Shown here in pieces: positions 8,819-17,401 of a stretch of 46,134 bases of DNA. A program made the position numbers and the translations under genes. Position 1 is the stretch's first letter, and each line of letters opens with the position of its first letter. Source of the stretch: a virus. Its lineage: Duplodnaviria > Caudoviricetes. The stretch spans positions 1-46,134 of IMG/VR virus record IMGVR_UViG_3300006046_000010; one strand, 5' to 3'. The notes under the pieces were generated by a model that saw only the letters and a list, made by a program, of their open reading frames with translations, was not told the origin of the DNA and did no database searches.

Positions 8819-10252
8819 TTATCCTATTCTCCAGTTGGTTCCATCGTGGTAAACAGGAACTTTGTTTGCTCCGCCTCCGGCTACCACACTGGCAAATGTT
8901 GTCGCGTTGGCATCCGACACGAAAACGGTCCAACCCTGGAGTGGAGAGGCGGGCAGCGTCGCCACTGTGTAGATTGACTTTCTTACTGGAACATTGAAGC
9001 TCGCCACCGTGTCGTTCATAGAAAGTGCATCCACAAAAGATATCGTATTACCGGCAGTTCCAGATGGGGCGCTCCCGAATGTGTGAACCCCTGACTGCTG
9101 GCTATAATACGACGCGGATGTAGTTGAGATATATTTTGCACCCCCCGAACTGAAAATTACATTGGCTGCCATATAGGCGAGCTTGCCTGTTCCAATGGTG
9201 TTGCTTCCGATGAAGCAAGCGTTGCCAATTAACAGACCGGAATAGACCGAATTCAAAGCGGTCGAAGGCACTGCCTTTAGGCCAATATTCCCGTTGCCGG
9301 GATCAGTTGCCGTGCCGAGCGTCATTCCTCCAGCTACCGTGAGTCGCATGACCTCAGTCGCGGCAACATTCTCGTGGGTTAAGAAGATGAAGTCGCCGGT
9401 AGTGGCGTTCTCCCGTCCTAGATCCCAGTAGTAGTTCAGGTTGGTTGACCCAATCCTGAATGACGGAGTTCCTGATGTCCCAACGACGTGCAGCGTGTTC
9501 GTGGGATCGCCGGATGCTATCTGTCCGATGGAGCAGTTCGCGTTGGAGTTTGGGTTCAGCTTGAGAATCGAAGCCTCGATGTTGAACGGCTTGTAGACTG
9601 AACCACCGCGATCGTAGACTTGCAGGTAGGCGATGCCGGTCTGATAGATGAACTCCAGGCCGGCGCCAGATGCGGGCTGAGTGGAGTTACCCGACACTCG
9701 GAAGCAGGTGTTGATGTCCGTGCCAGCGATCGGAGCCATGTTTACACCCAGGCTACCAAAGCGGACGGTATCGGTCGTGGCCAATCCCATGACGGTGCGA
9801 GCCTGGGTTGCGGTCAGGAACTCGACTGGTCCTGTGCCGGCAGTGATTCTGCCAAGGATGCTCGTGGTGGGCACGGCGTAGTTCGTGACCTGCGATCCTC
9901 CGGTTCCGTAGATCCTGAATCCGCCCTCGCCGTCGTAGACCATGTGCTGACCCGCGGCCAGGATGCACTGGAAAATCTCGACGGTCGTTGCTCCGTCAAC
10001 ATGTTGGAGTGTGATCGTCTGCGATGTTGAGGCGTGCTTATTGCGGATGCTGATGTGCTTGATGTTCCGCTGGTTGGACGCGGCGGGTGACCCGGTGATG
10101 TCGGTCGTGGCTGCTGCTGCGACCGCCGTGTTCTTTCGGCCGAGAGTCACCACTCCGGCATTGAAGTCCCCGTAGGATACCTGCACGTCCGCGTCGGCCG
10201 CGCTCGACGTGACCATGTTGATCTTATCGGATGTGCTTGAGAGTATTAACAT
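8819..10252 (-). CDS. Fibre/spike-like structural protein
   Basis: 477 aa; N-terminal domain paralogous to 10252..10626; ILGRITAGTGPVE linker; beta-rich fibre repeats; C-terminal YTVATLP..VSDA..GGGANKVPVYHDGTNWRIG domain typical of phage fibre tips. Confidence 0.8.
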   Translation of the reverse strand: MLILSSTSDKINMVTSSAADADVQVSYGDFNAGVVTLGRKNTAVAAAATTDITGSPAASNQRNIKHISIRNKHASTSQTITLQHVDGATTVEIFQCILAAGQHMVYDGEGGFRIYGTGGSQVTNYAVPTTSILGRITAGTGPVEFLTATQARTVMGLATTDTVRFGSLGVNMAPIAGTDINTCFRVSGNSTQPASGAGLEFIYQTGIAYLQVYDRGGSVYKPFNIEASILKLNPNSNANCSIGQIASGDPTNTLHVVGTSGTPSFRIGSTNLNYYWDLGRENATTGDFIFLTHENVAATEVMRLTVAGGMTLGTATDPGNGNIGLKAVPSTALNSVYSGLLIGNACFIGSNTIGTGKLAYMAANVIFSSGGAKYISTTSASYYSQQSGVHTFGSAPSGTAGNTISFVDALSMNDTVASFNVPVRKSIYTVATLPASPLQGWTVFVSDANATTFASVVAGGGANKVPVYHDGTNWRIG

Positions 10253-10626
10253 TATCCTATGTAGGTGTATCCGTTTGCGTCGAAGACCTTGAACCCTTCT
10301 TCGTCAAAGCTCAATGTTTCTTTTGTGAGCAGGGTGATCTTGAATAGCTCCACCGCTGTCGTCCCGTCGGTGTGTCTCACTGTGACCGTGCAACTCGCTG
10401 AGGCGTGCTTATTCCTGACCATCAACCTCTTCACGTTGCGCTGCGTGGAGCCAGCGGGGGACGCCACGACTGTAGTCGTCGTGGATGTGGCGATCGCCGT
10501 GTTGGTGCGTCCGGGCGTCTGCGTCGTGGACGTGAAATCTATCCAGCTCGCCTGGACATCTACCGTGACGGAGATGCCAGACGTGATGAGCTGAATCAGG
10601 TCAGACGTTGATGTGAGGAGCAGCAC
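10252..10626 (-). CDS. Small beta-rich structural protein, paralog of the N-terminus of 8819..10252
   Basis: Shared MLxLxSTSD..DVQxS..GRxNTA..SPAxSxQRNxK...RNKHAS motifs; GTG start. Confidence 0.8.
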   Translation of the reverse strand: MLLLTSTSDLIQLITSGISVTVDVQASWIDFTSTTQTPGRTNTAIATSTTTTVVASPAGSTQRNVKRLMVRNKHASASCTVTVRHTDGTTAVELFKITLLTKETLSFDEEGFKVFDANGYTYIG

Positions 10627-10630
10627 ATCC

Positions 10631-11062
10631 TCAATCTTCTGTCACGGTCGAGGTTGTTTTTAGGCGAGGAATGACTCCGACAGCCATCGTAATATTCGGC
10701 GACACGGTTCCTGAATACAGGAGTTTGCCCGCGCCGCTGATCGCCGTGCCGATGGCAAAGTAGGTGATGGCGCCACCTGGCGATGCGGTGCATTCACCGA
10801 AGTCGATGTTGGCAACTGGACTCACGCTGTTGGCCGTGACGGTCCACCCGCCGGAGGTTCTCGCTACTGCAATGCGAGCGTATCCAGTGTAACCGGTCTC
10901 GCTGGTCGTCTGGTCGCCGGCCTCACCTGGGTCCGCGGTATGCAGACTGACGTAGAGGTTGGTGAAGGGCGAGCTTGAGGCATTGTCCGCAATGTTTGCG
11001 ATCGGTGTCGCATTGAAGATCAGCTTCAGAAAATCATTCTCGAACGTATTACCTTTAGACAT
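10631..11062 (-). CDS. Conserved small phage fibre-associated structural protein
   Basis: LYVSLHTADPGEAG..E..YTGYAR motif common in phage structural modules; AGGAG SD. Confidence 0.8.
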   Translation of the reverse strand: MSKGNTFENDFLKLIFNATPIANIADNASSSPFTNLYVSLHTADPGEAGDQTTSETGYTGYARIAVARTSGGWTVTANSVSPVANIDFGECTASPGGAITYFAIGTAISGAGKLLYSGTVSPNITMAVGVIPRLKTTSTVTED

Positions 11063-11097
11063 GTGTTCTCCTTATTCCTCTTATTGTGCGGTGTCAA

Positions 11098-11463
11098 TCA
11101 CTCGACGATAATTAGCCCCTTGGAAATGAAGCGCTGGGTATCGCTGAAATTGAACGTCAACTCCATCAGGTAGCTTCCGGGCTCTGGGAAGTCTCCGGCC
11201 GCAACAGTCCAGCGGACCATGGGTTTAACCGTTGGGCTACCCTCGTCAACGATGATGCTCGTTTCCAGATCTCGCGTTACGTCCGTCTGCTTAGAGGGTG
11301 GCAGTTCGCGGCCGCGCTCATCAAGGGAACGGGTGAGCGAGATTGAGATTGATACCACGTCAGCCAGTGAAACCTGGGTTCCTCCCGTCGCGGGCTCCAG
11401 GGTGACCTCCACTGGATACCCGAACACTCCATGAGAGTATTTCCCTAACTGCGTCTTGGTCAT
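11098..11463 (-). CDS. Small Ig-like/BppU-N-like structural adaptor
   Basis: 121 aa beta-rich; W..AGDF..PGSY..E..F pattern near the C-terminus. Confidence 0.6.
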   Translation of the reverse strand: MTKTQLGKYSHGVFGYPVEVTLEPATGGTQVSLADVVSISISLTRSLDERGRELPPSKQTDVTRDLETSIIVDEGSPTVKPMVRWTVAAGDFPEPGSYLMELTFNFSDTQRFISKGLIIVE

Positions 11464-12821
11464 ATCTCTACAGCCAGTTGTGTCAATGCGTCGGCCGATT
11501 GCGTCAGTTGCACCTTCGCATCCGACGCTAGGGTTATTTCGACTGGCTGATCGACGGGTTGGATTGTTATCTGAACCAAGGCATCGGAGATAAGGGATAG
11601 TTCGACTTTGCGGTGAAGGTATAAGCTGGTGGCATCGCCGGTTACGGTCGCGGTTCCAACTGAATGCCCAATGCCTTCACCTTCCCCGACAGACGTGTCG
11701 CCTCCCTCGCCGAGAACGATGCTTACGCCAGAGGTTGATCCAGTGGATTTGGCTGTTGCGCCGCTGATGCCGTTGGCCGAACCCGTCCCCACGGACGACC
11801 CGACTGACCCGCCGGCTGCGTCAGCGCCCTGTCCAGTTACCGTCGATTGCCCAACTGCGCTCCCGAGAACTGCGTAGATCGCGGAACTGATTACGAGGCT
11901 GGATGATCCGCCGGCCGATGATCCGGCGCTGGAGATGACTGCTCCGCTAACTCCTGTGGCCAATCCCGTCCCAGCGATCGCGCCATCACCTCCAGGTGAT
12001 CCGGCGTCAGTAGCGTCTGCAGTGCCGGCGGATGACCCGGAAGAGTTCCCGACTCCGACAAAATGAATCGCGCCAAGTCCTGTGGCGACAGAGGAACCAC
12101 TGGAGTCACCCAGGCCGGTGGCGGTGGCAGAGCTGATGGATTGGGTTGTTCCGGCGCCGTCTGAAGATCCAACGCCAAGGAAAAGACTGGAGCTGATCCC
12201 TGTAGTAGCGCACGTTCCAGTTGAAGCTCCGACCCCGACGCTAGTGCTTGAGCCTACTCCTGCTGCGGCTCCGGTTCCTGTGGAGGTGGCCACCCCTTCA
12301 AAGATGTTCGCGCCAATGCTGGCGGTATCTCCAGTGCCGGATGAGCTGCCGATTGAGACCCAGATAGCGACGGTTGTCGCCGACGCCGCTCCTGTTCCAG
12401 CGGAAGCGCCAAGACTGTTCCAGGTGGCCGTGGCGACGCCCGTGGGGGCCGCCACGCCCGTAGATGAGCCGAGGGCTCCCGCGGTGGCCGAGCTGGCTCC
12501 GGCGGCGCTGGCGGCGCCCGTAGACGCTCCAGCGCCACTGGAGGTTGAGGCGCTGACTGCCGAGGTAGCGCCAACTCCAGTGGATGATCCTACCCCGTCG
12601 TAAATGGCTGCGCTGATCGCTGCGGGAGCTGATATGCCAGAGGAGGCTCCAACGCCATCAAAGATGTTTACTCCGACGCCGGTAACGATGGATGCCCCGG
12701 CAGTGCTCCCTAAGGAGAGTGCGAGAGCGGCTGCGACTGCCGCTACCGTGGACGACCCAGAGCTACTTCCGTCAGCCTCGACCGTTGTGGTGGTCGCCTG
12801 GAAGAGGACTAACAGACTCAT
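11460..12821 (-). CDS. Second Gly/Ser/Ala/Thr 20-aa repeat fibre-like protein
   Basis: 453 aa; GxSxG repeat every 20 aa; shares VEADGS start-of-repeat motif with 6550..8370. Confidence 0.8.
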   Translation of the reverse strand: MSLLVLFQATTTTVEADGSSSGSSTVAAVAAALALSLGSTAGASIVTGVGVNIFDGVGASSGISAPAAISAAIYDGVGSSTGVGATSAVSASTSSGAGASTGAASAAGASSATAGALGSSTGVAAPTGVATATWNSLGASAGTGAASATTVAIWVSIGSSSGTGDTASIGANIFEGVATSTGTGAAAGVGSSTSVGVGASTGTCATTGISSSLFLGVGSSDGAGTTQSISSATATGLGDSSGSSVATGLGAIHFVGVGNSSGSSAGTADATDAGSPGGDGAIAGTGLATGVSGAVISSAGSSAGGSSSLVISSAIYAVLGSAVGQSTVTGQGADAAGGSVGSSVGTGSANGISGATAKSTGSTSGVSIVLGEGGDTSVGEGEGIGHSVGTATVTGDATSLYLHRKVELSLISDALVQITIQPVDQPVEITLASDAKVQLTQSADALTQLAVEI

Positions 12822-12827
12822 GGCCTG

Positions 12828-13472
12828 TTACTCGACCGTGAAGGCGATTAACCAGCCGGTGTTCCCAGCCACCGAAGCTGTGACCTGGACGCAACGAATG
12901 CCCTGGCTGGGTCGCAGGAGAATTCCCGGCTGGCCAGGACAAGGGATCGTGAGTGATTGTGGCACCAATTCCAGTCCGCCTTGCGAAGCGATCTGGATGG
13001 TCGCCGCTGCTGTTTCTTCACTGGAAAGCGAGTAATTGAAAAGATCAGTTCCTTGAGCCGCGCCGCCAGTCGGCTTACTACGGCAGGTAATGTCCGCGTC
13101 CAGCGCTGTCTGTGACAGATCGGGAAGCCATGCGGTTTGCGCGACGCCACCCGTTCCAACCGAAGTCGTGCGCTCCAAAAGCCAATCGAAGACGATACCC
13201 GTAACGGCAGTGGTGATGTTGGGGATTTGTCGAATGGAAACAACTCGCACTAGCAACGAAGCGTCACCGTTCCAGATATCCCAGTGAACCGTGCTGGCGC
13301 TATTAACGTGAACCTGAGACGGAATGTTGTAGAGGTAGATTGGCTTTGAGCCTTGAAGATGCCCATCGGGGTCGGCCACCATTATCACCTGATGCTCTTT
13401 ACCCCCGGCTGCGTGGGTGGCAACGGTGGCACCGGACCCCGGAGTGACTGTGACTGAATCGTTGGCTAACAT
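12828..13472 (-). CDS. Beta-rich structural protein
   Basis: 214 aa; N-terminal VTPGSGATVAT motif and C-terminal ILLRPSQGI..FTVE resemble phage jelly-roll structural proteins. Confidence 0.7.
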   Translation of the reverse strand: MLANDSVTVTPGSGATVATHAAGGKEHQVIMVADPDGHLQGSKPIYLYNIPSQVHVNSASTVHWDIWNGDASLLVRVVSIRQIPNITTAVTGIVFDWLLERTTSVGTGGVAQTAWLPDLSQTALDADITCRSKPTGGAAQGTDLFNYSLSSEETAAATIQIASQGGLELVPQSLTIPCPGQPGILLRPSQGIRCVQVTASVAGNTGWLIAFTVE

Positions 13473-13473
13473 G

Positions 13474-15828
13474 TTACTTGATTGGCTTGCGACTCTTCGG
13501 TTTCTTCTTGTAAACCATCTTGGTCACACTGCCGGTGATATTCCCTTTGGCGTCCCGAGTCACCTTTTGGACCTGCGACTCAGCCTGCGGTGCGTTGAAT
13601 TCGATCCTGGGCGGCTCGGCCTTCGGCACATTGACCACCACGTTCGGTGGGCGCACCTGAACGGGCGGGGCAGAGAACTGAACGACGGCCGGCTCCACGT
13701 TGATCGTGGGTGACTCCACGTTGATCACTGGACCGTCCACGTTGACCACAGGCGCCTTTTGTTCAGGCACGTTGAGTGTGACCACCGGGGCTGGCAGTTC
13801 AGGCATGCTAAAGTTGACCACAGGAGCTTCCTGGGCCGTCTGTGCGGGCATGTTGATGTTGATCACCTGACCTGGAGGCTGGGGGCTGGCGGCCTTCCTG
13901 GCCAGCACAAGGTCTCGCGTCTTGACCCCGAACTGAATGATCCGGTCGAGCCGTGCAGTCATCTTCTTCGTGCTGGACTTCTTCGGCTTGCTGCCGTTGG
14001 AGCCATTGCCGCCAGCAACCGGAGCGTGCCTGCCCTTGGCGTCGAGTCCTGCGGCGCGGTTCAGGTCTTCCGTGCTTGGCTCTTCTGGGCACATTTCTTC
14101 CGCGGTTGCCTCGTCGAGACCGAAGACGGTCATCAGGGTTTGCTTGGCGCTTTCGCGATCGATCGTTCCATCTCCAACTCCCTTGAATAGATCGAGTAGT
14201 TGCTTGACGCCCTTGTCTCCAAGGACATCGATCGACCCAGCAGGAGGCGGAGGAATCGGGGTTGGCGTGAGGTAGGCTGCCTTCTGAGCGGTGATGTCTG
14301 GCCACAGCCCCTTGGCGAAAACCTCGACCGGCAGTTGATTCTCTTCGCCGACGCTGATTGCCGTGTTGGCAGCGGTGGCGTTGGACACAAAGACTTCGCG
14401 AGGAGTGTAGCCGTATTTGCCGGCCACGTCAGAGATCGGAATGACACCGAAGCCGACACCGGCAATGTCGTTCTGCATCTCGTATCCGGCGTCGGTTGTG
14501 ATCCATGGACCGAAGTGCCATTCACACTTCTTCCAGTTGGGGTGGCCAGGAATGAGTTGCTGGGCAATGCCTTGAGCGAGAACTTTCTGGCGCACGCGAT
14601 CGAGGATCAAGGACTTGAGCACGTTGTCCTGCCAGTATTGGATTTGCCGCAGGGCTCCCTGCACTTCAATGCGAGCTGTCACGCCGCCGAGAGATAGAAG
14701 GTCCCACAGGAACCCGTAGGGCAGGTTGAGAGCGTTCGCCATCTTGCGAATGAGCATTTGCCAGAGAGCCATGGCCGAGCCGCTGGGGCGGGACGCTGGC
14801 GACATCATAGAGATCTGTTCGCCCTCTCCCATCCTGAGGATCTTGCCCCACATTGCATCCTGGGTCGGCGTGCCCTCCTTGGTCTGTCCGCTCCATGCGT
14901 CAGGACCCGTGTTCTTAAACGGGTCTTTGGTTGTGAACATGGCTGCGAACTGAGACTGGACTTTGCCCGCGATCTTCTCGGCTTCGATTGTCTCTCGCAG
15001 GTCTCTCAGGTCGTTCAGGATGCGAAGGAGTTTTGTGCGACCGCGATACTCGTCTGCTCTGTCTGGGTCAAAGACGTGGATGAAGGCTTCGACCGGCACG
15101 TCCTCGTGGTTGGTGTATTGGTTGGACCGAGTGCGCTGGAAGACGCGATAGAACTCAACACTGCCTCGCTCGGGGTTAAGTCCGACTCCGCCGATGTAAT
15201 GCTCGTCAGTGGTTGAATCGTTGGGGCTGCCGATGCGGTCTGCCTCAATGTTTTGCAGGGAGAACTCCCTGATTGGGACTCCGGTGTTTGGATCGTAAAC
15301 GGGCTCCACTTCCACAAAACCGTGGTCTCCATCGACCAGGAATGCGAGAAGGGCCATCTGAACCTGTTTCAGGAAGCGGTGACGGCCGGTGTAGTCGCAT
15401 CGAGTGCGACCCGTCTCAACGTCCCGCTCGTCTCCGCACCAGCCGTGGAAGTAATCGTCGTAGGCTTGATCGAGAGCTTCGTCTCCGGTCGTGCTCTTGC
15501 AGTGGAGTCTGCCGCAGACGTAGAGGACAACCTTCGCTAGGACTCCGCCAATCCAGTCGTATTGCGCTGCATCCCTGGCGTCCGCCATCGCCTTGAGGCG
15601 GTCTCGGTCGGCGATCCACGTTTCCGATCCTCTGATCGGCTTGGCTTTCCCGCGACGCTCTGGCGTGTCGTTATATCCGAACTGATGCAGGATTGTCCTG
15701 GCCTGCAGCGCCTTGACGCCATAGGAGGGACTGAAGAGCGAGATCGTCCGGTCTATGAAGTTGAGGTGGTGCGCCGGCTGGTCGTCACCTTTCTCGACTT
15801 TGGTCACTACGGGAAGAATGGTGCTCAC
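13474..15828 (-). CDS. Portal protein, lambda gpB family, with long C-terminal extension
   Basis: IEADRI, GGV, FIHVFDPDRADEYRG, W..P.I motifs; follows gpW-like gene with GTGA overlap. Confidence 0.9.
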   Translation of the reverse strand: MSTILPVVTKVEKGDDQPAHHLNFIDRTISLFSPSYGVKALQARTILHQFGYNDTPERRGKAKPIRGSETWIADRDRLKAMADARDAAQYDWIGGVLAKVVLYVCGRLHCKSTTGDEALDQAYDDYFHGWCGDERDVETGRTRCDYTGRHRFLKQVQMALLAFLVDGDHGFVEVEPVYDPNTGVPIREFSLQNIEADRIGSPNDSTTDEHYIGGVGLNPERGSVEFYRVFQRTRSNQYTNHEDVPVEAFIHVFDPDRADEYRGRTKLLRILNDLRDLRETIEAEKIAGKVQSQFAAMFTTKDPFKNTGPDAWSGQTKEGTPTQDAMWGKILRMGEGEQISMMSPASRPSGSAMALWQMLIRKMANALNLPYGFLWDLLSLGGVTARIEVQGALRQIQYWQDNVLKSLILDRVRQKVLAQGIAQQLIPGHPNWKKCEWHFGPWITTDAGYEMQNDIAGVGFGVIPISDVAGKYGYTPREVFVSNATAANTAISVGEENQLPVEVFAKGLWPDITAQKAAYLTPTPIPPPPAGSIDVLGDKGVKQLLDLFKGVGDGTIDRESAKQTLMTVFGLDEATAEEMCPEEPSTEDLNRAAGLDAKGRHAPVAGGNGSNGSKPKKSSTKKMTARLDRIIQFGVKTRDLVLARKAASPQPPGQVININMPAQTAQEAPVVNFSMPELPAPVVTLNVPEQKAPVVNVDGPVINVESPTINVEPAVVQFSAPPVQVRPPNVVVNVPKAEPPRIEFNAPQAESQVQKVTRDAKGNITGSVTKMVYKKKPKSRKPIK

Positions 15829-16088
15829 TGTGGGATCTGGCTGAAGTCAGTTATGCCGACGCCGACATTGATCGGAGGCGGATTGATCACGATTGCGCCT
15901 CGCTCGCGCAGGACGTAGGCAATGGCGTTGAGCTGGTCCTGGATGTAGCGCGTGTCTTTCGTGAAGGACTTGGTGCCCATGGACTGCTGCTGCAGTGCGT
16001 CATCCTGGGCTTCCAGCTTCGTCTGAAGGGCCAGCAGGTCTTCCGTGGATTTCTGACGGAAGCGGAGAAGATGATCCTGCATGGCCAT
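15825..16088 (-). CDS. gpW-like head-tail joining protein
   Basis: 87 aa helix-hairpin(QSMGTKSFT)-helix immediately upstream of the portal; ATG chosen 14 nt after CGTTGACA. Confidence 0.7.
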   Translation of the reverse strand: MAMQDHLLRFRQKSTEDLLALQTKLEAQDDALQQQSMGTKSFTKDTRYIQDQLNAIAYVLRERGAIVINPPPINVGVGITDFSQIPQ

Positions 16089-16102
16089 GACTGAGGTGAG
16101 TA

Positions 16103-16110
16103 TGTCAACG
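16103..16110 (-). promoter_or_regulatory. CGTTGACA late-gene motif (N14 to ATG at 16088)
   Basis: Heads the whole minus-strand virion block. Confidence 0.6.
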
Positions 16111-16335
16111 CTGCAGCCCAAGGCAAGCTCTTAAATTTTCAATGCAAATTTGCAGCCGCCGTTTCCACCAAAAAGTAAAAGTTATACCTAACTACGTTTA
16201 CGGGGAAATAGAGCGCAAACCTCTATGGAGGGATGAATTTGAGTTCTGCCAATTCCAGAATTTTTGGTTTGGCGTGGAAGGATGATTTCCCTCCTGGTGA
16301 TCGGAACGCGCCTGGTAGCGCTGATGATCCGAATA

Positions 16336-16346
16336 GTTCATTGACA
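16336..16346 (+). promoter_or_regulatory. boxA-like antitermination element GTTCATTGACA
   Basis: Resembles rrn boxA (TGCTCTTTAACA/GTTCTTTGA); preceded by a hairpin; no -10 at sigma70 spacing after TTGACA. Confidence 0.35.
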
Positions 16347-16349
16347 TTA

Positions 16350-17380
16350 TCTGACTGAGCATTTGCGCTCACGCAGCACGCCGGGGTTTTCCCTGCGTGC
16401 CGCTACTGCTATGCCGATTTGGACCGGCATTTGAACTTCCTTGGCGGGTGGTTCACGGATAACTTATTCCGACAGTCTCTATTTCCGCAAGGAAATTCTG
16501 CGCATCTGATCACAACGATGAGGCCGAACGGTCAAATGTCCTGGGGGTTACTAACAGGGTCGAGACCGCGCTCCAGGTGTATCTCAAGGAGGCACCAATA
16601 TTCACGGCCTGCGCCCGTAGGGGAAGTTTCCCCGAAAGGCATTCGATTCAGACACGGACGAGCTGGCAGCTCGCGTTACACAAGTCTGAGTTGATTAAGC
16701 GTCCAGCAAATTTCGGTGAGTAAGCCGAGCTGCTGGGGTGACAACGCATGAGAAGCTACGGGGAGAACAACTCCCCTAATCCATTACCTAGAGGTGAACC
16801 CAGTCGATGCGCAGCGCAGGTGGTCCTGCTGTAGCACCAACGGGGGTGGATAGCGAAAAGGATGAAGTCCGGCGGAATAAATGCCGACCGGACAGCGCAA
16901 CAAGATCGCCGATGCAGTGAAACTAAACGTCGGCGTGTAATTAACAACCTACCCTGGAAACCCGGCAACGGGAAAACTTGGAAGTCAGGATGCCGTCCGC
17001 ACGCGCGAATAGGCGCGGAACAGACAAAGATATGAGACGGCTACCAGAGGCACCTGACGTTCGGTGCTTGATTGAAAGATGGTGTCGCTAACGCGACCGA
17101 GCCTTGCCATCGAATGAAGTCAAGCATCCGCCACCTACCAAACTGAGTTCGCTCAGAGTGGCGCACGGGGGATCGAGCCTTCGCGAGAAGGTAGTTCTGG
17201 ATGGCGTCGATTTGAATTCGACGAGCAATCCGGGGCAACGACTCCGAGGGGATTGGCGCTAGGCCAGTCCCCTCCAGTCGTTATCCAAGGAAACCAAGAT
17301 AACGAACAAGGGAGCTGCCGCAATCGCGTCACTAAGACGCGACCGGCATCACCGCCCATATGAAGCTCCGTGGGCAGTTA
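16350..17380 (+). ncRNA. Candidate large structured non-coding RNA (about 1 kb; ends approximate)
   Basis: More than 20 consecutive stems; GCAA/GCGA/UUCG tetraloops on the + strand; nested long-range helices; no credible ORF in an otherwise gene-dense genome. Confidence 0.7.
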
Positions 17381-17401
17381 GATAGAAAGAAACATAACGT
17401 T

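Noticed and set aside
6550-12821. Repeats as CRISPR array, DGR or ice-nucleation protein
   Set aside because: Repeats are at protein level with synonymous divergence and a 20-aa period; no identical DNA repeats with spacers, no TR/VR pair, no reverse transcriptase
16143-16154. Palindrome TGCAAATTTGCA as an operator or cos site
   Set aside because: Single copy noticed with no supporting context; cannot be assigned from sequence alone
16515-16540. Hammerhead-like string ACGATGA-GGCC-GAAC-GGTC-AAA
   Set aside because: Lacks C3/U4 of CUGANGA and the catalytic G12 of GAAA; no stems I/III found. CTGATGA at 16321 also has no downstream stem II-GAAA
16855-16880. RNase P-like GATGAAGTCCGG
   Set aside because: Does not match GAGGAAAGUCC and no complementary 3' P4 strand was found
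16905-16937. Group II intron domain V-like hairpin (CGC..GAAA..AC)
   Set aside because: Upper stem too short, no domain VI or GUGYG boundary seen, no interrupted gene or RT; kept only as part of the ncRNA candidate
16419-17359. Track ORFs 16419..16694(+), 16756..16968(-), 17041..17238(-), 17153..17359(-)
   Set aside because: No RBS or operon coupling and atypical composition; the region is better explained by RNA structure
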